A stretch of DNA of 64,000 nt from Chryseotalea sp. WA131a. GTDB lineage: Bacteria; Bacteroidota; Bacteroidia; Cytophagales; Cyclobacteriaceae. Position numbers and translations under genes: made by a program. Location: assembly GCA_025370075.1 (NCBI GenBank), contig CP073016.1, forward strand, positions 464,830 to 528,829, in the 5' to 3' direction. Shown in pieces: positions 9,269 through 17,400 of this stretch; positions within the stretch are counted from its first letter, which is position 1, and each line of letters starts with the position of its first letter. Under the pieces are notes generated by a model, which was not told the origin of the DNA, searched no databases, and saw nothing but the letters and a program-made list of their open reading frames with translations.

Positions 9269-9624
9269 TTTCTTTTGTTTTTGGTAGTTAATAATACTTC
9301 ATCGAGTTGATTGAAACGTGTTTCCCAAATCTTACGTAATGGGTTGAGCCATTTGTCAATCTCCTTTATTTTGTTGATTTCAATTTGGTAATAGATTTCA
9401 CGCCCTTGTTGTTTTGTGGTTGCTAACTCGCACTCTGTCAAAATTTTTAAGTGTTTGGAAACCGCCTGTCGTGTTGTGTCAAAGTGTTCGGCAATGGCGT
9501 TTGGTGTCATTGCCTGTAATGCAATGAGTGTAATAATCGCCCTTCTGGTCGGGTCGGCTATAGCTTGAAAAATATCTCGTCTTGTTTGCATAATGCAACC
9601 ATATGGTTGCAAATATGTGTTCAA
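9265..9624 (-). CDS. ArsR/SmtB-family transcriptional regulator
   Basis: It reads IFQAIADPTRRAIITLIALQAMTPNAIAEHFDTTRQAVSKHLKILTECELATTKQQGREIYYQI. The start may be the internal MQTRRD at 9591. Confidence 0.8.
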   Translation of the reverse strand: MNTYLQPYGCIMQTRRDIFQAIADPTRRAIITLIALQAMTPNAIAEHFDTTRQAVSKHLKILTECELATTKQQGREIYYQIEINKIKEIDKWLNPLRKIWETRFNQLDEVLLTTKNKRK

Positions 9625-9751
9625 TTATTTAGTTGCGCAAATTATATTTAAGATATTTCGATCCTTTTAAGAGTTGAGTGCCAGCAGAGAGGTGGACAAA
9701 AAAGATAGCCGATACATTTAGTAAGCATCACATCAATTGGTGAAAGTTTTT

Positions 9752-9988
9752 TCACTTTATCTTTTCCTTACACATTCTAAGTATTTCAAGGTGCTCTTTC
9801 GATGTATACAAAGTAGCATCTATCCAACTTTTCAATTCCATATCCTCTCTTTTATCCGGCCGTCTTTCAAATAGTCGAATAAATCTTTCGTGTCGATCAG
9901 CTAATGCCTGACACCATTTTTTATTGAATTGTTGCCCTTGTAATTCTGATAGTTCATTATTGTCAATCTCCGCGCTACGTGTTTCCAC
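9752..9988 (-). CDS. Small hypothetical protein
   Basis: This is a 78-aa ORF with a GTG start and no recognised family. See the rejected list for a possible upstream extension. Confidence 0.3.
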   Translation of the reverse strand: METRSAEIDNNELSELQGQQFNKKWCQALADRHERFIRLFERRPDKREDMELKSWIDATLYTSKEHLEILRMCKEKIK

Positions 9989-10197
9989 AATTGGGGTATT
10001 CGTTGTGAATATATTTCTACAACTTGTTTACGACTGGGTAAGTTGTTTCTAAGCATACTCACAATCCGAGGCAAATTGGCATTTACCGTTTGGCTTCAAA
10101 GTTGTCATCTAAGTGACCGTATCAGTCATCAAACATCATGAGGGTAATCATTTATCTACTTCAAAAGTAGAATCACTTTTACGAAAAGATTAACACT

Positions 10198-10677
10198 ATG
10201 AACCACGTACACATTCATCTTTTAATAACCCATCTTCCGATTTTCGGATCGATCTTGGGTGGTCTTGTAATAGCGCACGGCATCGGTACCAAAAGCTATC
10301 AAACAGTAGTTGCCGCGTATTACGTAATAATTCTTTCCTGTGTAGGAGCAGTTATTGCCTATCTCACAGGCGAGGGAGCCGAAGAGGCTGTTGAGGATAT
10401 TCAGGGAGTTGCAAAAAACATGATTGAGCAGCACGAGGATTTTGCTTTGTATGCTTTAGTCGCATTGATCGCTGCCGGGGTTGTTTCCTTACTAGGCCTT
10501 TACCTCACAATAAAGAAATCATCGCTGGCAAATACAGTTGCGTTGGTCACTCTTTTTGTTGCTATCATCAGTTTTGGGTTAGTGGCAAGAACAGGCTATT
10601 TAGGTGGACAAATCAGACATACTGAAATTGGTACAACATCACCTGCACCGGTAGGTAGTGAAAAAGATGACGATTGA
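10198..10677 (+). CDS. Integral membrane protein (DUF2231-like, 4 TM)
   Basis: It has four hydrophobic segments. The N-terminus is HIHLLITHLPIFGSILGG and the C-terminal motif is GGQIRHTEI. Confidence 0.6.
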   Translation: MNHVHIHLLITHLPIFGSILGGLVIAHGIGTKSYQTVVAAYYVIILSCVGAVIAYLTGEGAEEAVEDIQGVAKNMIEQHEDFALYALVALIAAGVVSLLGLYLTIKKSSLANTVALVTLFVAIISFGLVARTGYLGGQIRHTEIGTTSPAPVGSEKDDD

Positions 10678-10703
10678 GTTCTTTAACAAGAAAATAAAGC
10701 AAA

Positions 10704-11231
10704 ATGAAAACAACATACTTACTTCCGGCCATTCTCATTATCGTACTTGGTGCATGCAACAGCAAGCCCAACAAGCAGGGCGAAATAGACGATCCGGAAT
10801 TTAACCCAAACACGACAACACTAAACCCATCAACCATGAAAGGATTTGCAGCAAATATTGAAAAGGATGTTTTGGAGAACAGTAATTTCAGAAAAGTGCT
10901 TTATACGGGGCAACACATGCAACTTGTATTAATGACGCTGACGCCTGGTGAAGAAATTGGTGAAGAGACCCATTTGAAAAGCGATCAATTCTTTCGGTTT
11001 GAAAGTGGAACCGGAAAATGTATAGTTAATGGAAAAGAATATGGAATAGAAGCTGGCGATGTGGTACTTGTGCCATCTGGTGCTAAACATAATGTGATTA
11101 ACACAGGAGCTATTGACTTGAAACTTTATACGATATATGCGTTGCCCAATCATAAAGATGGCATTGTAAGGGCAACTAAAGAAGACGCGTCAAAGCATGA
11201 AGCAAAATTTGATGGCAAGACAACAGAATAA
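10704..11231 (+). CDS. Cupin-domain lipoprotein
   Basis: It has a lipobox (LGACN). The cupin core reads LTPGEEIGEETHLKSDQFFRFESGTGKCIVNGKEYGIEAGDVVLVPSGAKHNVINTG. Confidence 0.75.
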   Translation: MKTTYLLPAILIIVLGACNSKPNKQGEIDDPEFNPNTTTLNPSTMKGFAANIEKDVLENSNFRKVLYTGQHMQLVLMTLTPGEEIGEETHLKSDQFFRFESGTGKCIVNGKEYGIEAGDVVLVPSGAKHNVINTGAIDLKLYTIYALPNHKDGIVRATKEDASKHEAKFDGKTTE

Positions 11232-11437
11232 ATCTCTTGCATGGTGATGATTTCGATTTCAGAAACAATGTTATGCTCTCCGCAGAAATCAAGCATCTCT
11301 TGTGTTTCAGCAATGCCACCAATGAGGGAACCGGCTACAGATTTTCTTCCCAAAATCAGTGTTGGTGGGGTATTTAAGTGGACTTGAACCAATTCTAAAC
11401 ACGGTTCCAAAAGAAACTAAAGGTTGCCGTACCTTTT
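11232..11437 (-). pseudogene. Remnant of a zinc-dependent (CAD-type) alcohol dehydrogenase, C-terminal region only
   Basis: The minus-strand translation LELVQVHLNTPPTLILGRKSVAGSLIGGIAETQEMLDFCGEHNIVSEIEIITMQEI matches the conserved ...GRKSIAGSxIGGIxETQEMLDFCAEHxI... block of CAD-type ADHs. The similarity stops at the cupin stop codon on one side. On the other side it stops at the glucan-synthase stop codon. Confidence 0.65.
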
Positions 11438-14400
11438 TTAGACATCAGTTGTCGCCAATGAGATTCTGATTTCTGTTTTAGCTTTTCTACCAATCTCAAT
11501 AGTTACTTCATGTTCTTTTTTATCGTTGGTCAACTGAAAAAACTGGCCGGGCTGCATTTCAGCGTCCATAAAAATCTCCGTTGTTTCCCTATCTGAACCC
11601 TGATTCACCATAATGTTGTACACTGTTTCTTCAAATCGATATTTCACCGAAAATGATTTCCATGTAACCGGAATACAGGGTTCAACTTTCAACGTGTTGC
11701 CTTCCCGCGTCAAACCAAGAAACGATTCCAAAATAAGTTGATACATCCAACCCGCAGAGCCTGTGTACCACGTCCATCCACCACGGCCAACATGTGGAGC
11801 CACGCCATACACATCTGCAGCCACCACGTAGGGTTCAACTTTATAGGTGGCTATCTCATTTGCAGTGGCACCATGTTGTATAGGGTTAATTAATCTCAAG
11901 AGCTCTTCCGTTTTTTCCACGTCACCCAGTTTCGCAAAAGCCATCACCGCCCAAATAGCTGCGTGCGTGTATTGTCCACCGTTTTCGCGTACACCCGGCA
12001 CGTAACCTTTGATGTAACCCGGGTCCATCTCAGACGTATCAAATGGTGGATCGAGCAATTGAATCAATCCCTTCTCTCTATTCACCAAAAATTTATCCAC
12101 AGCTTGCATTGCTGAGCGAGATCGCTCAGGTTCTCCGCCTTCCGACAGTATTGACCAGCTTTGCGAAATAGCATCGATTTTACATTCTATGTTATCTTTT
12201 GATCCCAGTGGCGTGCCGTCATCAAAATAAGCGCGCAGGTACCACTCTCCATCCCACGCATGGAGGGCAATATTTTTCTTCAACAACTTTGCGTTCGTTT
12301 CACAAGTTTCTACAAAGACCACATCTCCCCGAAGGGTTGCTACCTTTTTAAACCGCATTAGGGTATCGTACAGAAAAAAAGCAAGCCACACGCTTTCACC
12401 CTTGCCATCAATACCAATTCTGTTCATGCCATCATTCCAATCGCCCGAGCCTTTTAGTGGCAGGCCGTGTTCGCCAAATCGTAGCGCATGTACAATAGCT
12501 TGTTTGCAGTGATCATACACTGTAGCTTGCTGATCAGAGGTGATGGGCAAATCATAATACGATTCTTCGTGCGGGTTTAATATTCTTCCTTGAATGAAAG
12601 AAGTAGTTTCGTCAAGTAGTTGTATATCTCCTGTTGTTGAGATATATCTACTCGTTACATACGGAAGCCACACAAAATCATCTGAACATAATGTACGCAC
12701 ACCTCTGCCGTGTGGTGGATGCCACCAATGCTGTACATCGCCTTCGAGGAATTGATGCGATGCACAACGTACTATTTGTTCACGTGTTAAATGAGGTTGT
12801 GTATGCATAAGCGCCAGCACATCTTGCAATTGGTCGCGAAAGCCGTACGCTCCGCCCGACTGGTACAAACCACTTCTTCCCCACAATCTGCATGCAAGCA
12901 CTTGGTACAACAGCCATCCGTTTGCTAAAATATTGATGGACGCATCGGGTGTATCAACTTGTACGGCACTTAATGTATCGCTCCAAAATTGTTTTACCTG
13001 TTCCAATGACCGAGAAGCCGCAGCACTTCCTTGAAAACGTTTGATGGTAGCAACCGCCTCTGCTACATTTTGGCCAGCCCCTATCTTAAAAATAATTTTG
13101 CGTTCTTTTCCACTCTCCAATTCAAATGGAACTTGTATGGCTGCGCAACTATCCATGCCAGCACCAGATTTACCGGACAGCCGCGTGTGGCTCATTGCTT
13201 CCGGATTTTGAAGTGTGCCATTTCGCCCAATGAATTCTACACGATCGGTTGTATACGTGTAGGTTGGTTCGTCCACATCGAAGAAGGCAACATAGTTTTG
13301 AAATTCGGTGTTGTACGGATTTTTTGCAATGAGTGCCCCACTGGTAGAGTCCAACTCCGTTACCAGATGCATCACCGATTTAGATCGGAACTCGCCCATT
13401 ACCCATTCCACATAACCGGTTGCTGTCAGTTTGCGCCAGCGCCCCGATTGATTAGCAATATTGATAACGACAAATTTTATGGGTGATTCCGTATCTACAT
13501 AAACGCATACTTCTGATTTGATTCCATCTTCGATGTGTTCAAAACTACTATAACCAAATCCATGTTTAGTGATGTACGGAGATTGCCCAAGAGCAGGGCG
13601 GCCCATCGGTGACCAAAATTCTCCAGTCTCTTCATCGCGTAAGTAAAAAGCTTCTCCGCTTTGGTCGAGGATCGGATCGTTTTTCCAAGGTGTGATCCTA
13701 AACTCATGTGCATTTTCAAACCACGTGTAGGAAGAACCACGCTCCGATACGATGGTGCCAAAATGCGGATTCGCGATTACGTTTATCCAAGGCAGTGGCG
13801 TATGCTTTTTTTCATCGATGATGATGATGTATTCTTTACCATCCGCAGAAAATCCTCCCGTGCCATTAAAAAATTGAAGTCCTTGTGGCATTTCCAGCTT
13901 ACGATGGGTATGTGAATAAGATGTAGAATGAATTAACTTGGGCATCGGAGCTTTGACAGATATTCGTTTGTTTACCTGATCCTCCAGTGTTCCCTTCATA
14001 TCAGAAATGATAACACGAGCAACGGTCTGAAATAAAATTCGATCTTCGGCTGATACCTGATCGATAGGCCTTACAAAAATCCTCCCTCTTTTCTCTATCG
14101 CATGAATGCCAACGCTGGCAGCGATCAAACCTTGTATCTCTTCCTGTAACACATGGCGATAGACACTTGGGTCCTCGTTGAGTACAACCAGATCAACGGC
14201 CAAACCATTCATATTCCAGTAGGCTTGTGCTTTAATCAATTGTTTCACGATGGAAATATTTTCAGCATCGGTAATTTGCACAAGCACAATGGGTAAATCG
14301 CCCGATATAGAATAACTCCACAGGGCAGATTGACCGCGTTGGTTTTTCAACATCACACTGGGCTGTGTGCGCAAGGCATCATTTAGATAAAGTATAGAAC

Positions 14401-17400
14401 TCGCAAGTTTTCCATAGAGTTGTGCATTGGCTTCGGTCGCCCCAATTTGGCGCAGCACCACTTGGCTATGCGTCCACGATAACTCAAATGCCCGATCGCG
14501 TAAGTGGCTGTCCTGATATTTATCCACTAAACTTTGATTGGCTGATTGAGTGTCCGCTACGCCCGTTACTAAATCAATAGTGGCCGATTCGCCCGGCTGT
14601 AAGATGATCTGATACTGAATAGAAAACATTGGATCTAAAACAGAACCTTGCGAACCCGAAAGTGGTGTCGTCTGATCCATCACTTGTGGATGACTTATTG
14701 AATATCCACGCCCTATAAATTTGCTTCTATCGGTTTCGTACGAAATGCGATCTACTTTTGCGCCTTTTACTTTCATCAAGTGAAACATCCACGGTGGGCG
14801 CTCTTCCTTTGACCGCGCACGCCTGGTGCAGATGATGGCGTTTTGATGTTCGTTGATTTCTGTTTGAACAAACAGATTGCTAAAGGCGGGATGTGCCTCG
14901 TCAGCGGATGCAGCTGTCAACACCACTTCCCCGTAACTGGTAATTTCCAGTTTTCGTTTTGAGCGCGAGTGGTTGGTAAGTTGTGTACGCCTTACCTCTA
15001 CATCATCTTCGGGCGAAACTATTATAATAGTGTAAGTATCTATTCCATCATCGCGCCTGCGAAACTCTACGCGGCCTTGCGAAAATATGGCTTCGTAGTG
15101 ATCGGCTTGTTTTAATGTAGGCTGATGAGCGGTTGACCAGAACATATCTTTATCGCGATCATTGATGTAACAGAATGTTCCAAAATTATCGCATGTGCTA
15201 TCTTCGCGCCAGCGTGTGACAGCAATATCTTTCCACTTGCTATAGCCGCCACCTGCGTTGGAGATCATCACAAAATACTTTCCATTGGAAAGCAATTGCA
15301 CCTCAGGCACAGGTGTGTTGGATGTAGTGATGATCCGGATATCTGTAGTAGTAGAAGAAGCGACTATCTTCTCATTATCTGACCCTAGATAATACCCGGT
15401 TGACTTAGGCACGCGCTCTTGCAATAACAAAAGTGCGGTTTGAAAATTAGTATCGCTCTCAAACCTTTTTTGCATGGGTTGATCCAATAAAAGATATGCA
15501 AGCGAAAGAAGGCTCATGCCTTGGTGATGCGCCATAAACGTTTGTATGACAGCGTGTGGCTGATTGCGCGATAAACGAGATGCAGTAAAATCAATCGCTT
15601 CAAAAAAGCCATATTTTCCTTCATATCCCTTGTCTTGTAAATTTTCTAAGTTGGTGCATGCCGCTTGCGGATCGACCATTAATGCCAGAACAGTAGCGTA
15701 AGGTGCTATCACTAAATCTTGACCAAGCCCACGCTTAAAGCCAAGCCTGGGAATACCAAATGCTTTGTATTGGTAGGTAAGATGTGCATCCACCAGATTG
15801 TAGCATGATTCTGAGATCCCCCAAGGTATGTCGTTCTGTTCGCCATACTCGATTTGCTTTTTTACAGTGCCAATGTTCATTTCATCCAGCAATGTATTTT
15901 GATACGTGGGCATCACCAATCCCGGCATCAGGTATTCAAACATGGAGCCGCTCCACGAAAGCAAAACTGGAGTTGTCCCTGCGGTGGTCAATCTTCTGCC
16001 CAATGCAAACCAACTTTCTTGTGGCACTTTTCCCTGTGCAATGGCCACGAACAAACCCAATCTTGCTTCCGATGCCAGCAGATCATAGTAGCCCACATCA
16101 CGTTGTTGTTCCTCTACCTTATATCCAATTGTCAACAAGTGCTGCAATTTGTCATGCAGAAAATCGTACTCCATATCTGCCTGTTCATAGCATTGTGAAG
16201 CAAGTTGCTGAAAATTGGTTAAGCGCTCTCTGGCATACTTACTCGATTGATCAGTGGTTTGCTCAAAATGTTGAAGCCATTCATTTTCCGCTTCCGAATT
16301 TTCAAGTGCTTGAAGCCGGGTTAATTCAGGTTTTATTTCACGGTCCATTTTCGATAATTCCGCCAGTGTAGGTATTTCAAAAACCACTTTCCAGTTTTTA
16401 AATTTCTCTGGTATGGAAAACGCTTCCAGCCAAGGTGCAAGCACCAGTATTTCTTGAATGGTTGCCTCCAACTGGTTTTCAAAAGGAGCGAGCCACACCG
16501 TTTCTTTACCTGATGGCTCATGCGTATATAAAAGTGTGTGATAGCGTGTCAACAGATTTTCAAAATGATCTTTGAGTGCAGGCAGTTGAAATGCTTGGGT
16601 AGGGATACTATCGAGCAAGTCAATAAGTGCTTTAATCAATTCGGTTTCGGCTGCATCTGTTTGTTTGATGGCCAGCCGCAAGGTGTCTTGTAATCCGGTT
16701 AGAAATTTCACCTCAACTATTTTTTGATTAGGCAATGCCAACAATCCTTGACGCAGTGTGAGCAAGTGGCCAGCAAGGTTTCCACTATCTACTGTTGAAA
16801 TGTAACGAGGATTTAGTACGCTTAAATTTTGGGTATCATACCAATTGTAAAAATGTCCTTTATAACGTTCCAGTTTCTCCATGGTGGCAAGTGCGAGGGA
16901 AGTCCGCTCAATAAATTGAGAGGTGGTAGAATAGCCAAAATCATTCGCAGAAAGATTTGCCAACAAGGCAAGACCCATATTCGTGGGCGAGGTGCGGTGG
17001 GTGATAACGGGGATTGGATACTCCTGAAGATTGTCGGGTGGAAGCCAGTTATCTTCTACCGTTACCATATTTTCAAAATACGACCAGGTCTTTCTGGCCA
17101 GTTCACGCAAATAGACCTTTTGCTCCTCACGCAACTTTGATTTTGATGAAGCAGTTGGTTTGCCTAGCAAGTGTACGATAACAGGCGATGCTATCCACAA
17201 TAGAAGAAAGGGCGCTGCTATCAATAGTTCCATAGGCCATTGATAGTATAAATACGTACCGATGGCAAACGATACGGTTGGAGCAAACCACATCATGCGA
17301 TAGGTGGCGAATAAATTCTCTCCTTCTTTTAGCGTAAACCCGGATGGGTTCCATTCCAATAATTTTTTACCTGTGAAGGTAATGCGCCACACGGTTCTAG

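Noticed and set aside
9752-10080. Possible longer gene upstream of the 78-aa ORF, restored by changing the G4 run at 9993..9996 (C4 on the coding strand)
   Set aside because: Adding one base would join MLRNNLPSRKQVVEIYSQRIP to the VETRSAEID... ORF. I recognise no family for either part, so I cannot tell a frameshift from coincidence. The ORF is reported only as a low-confidence small CDS.
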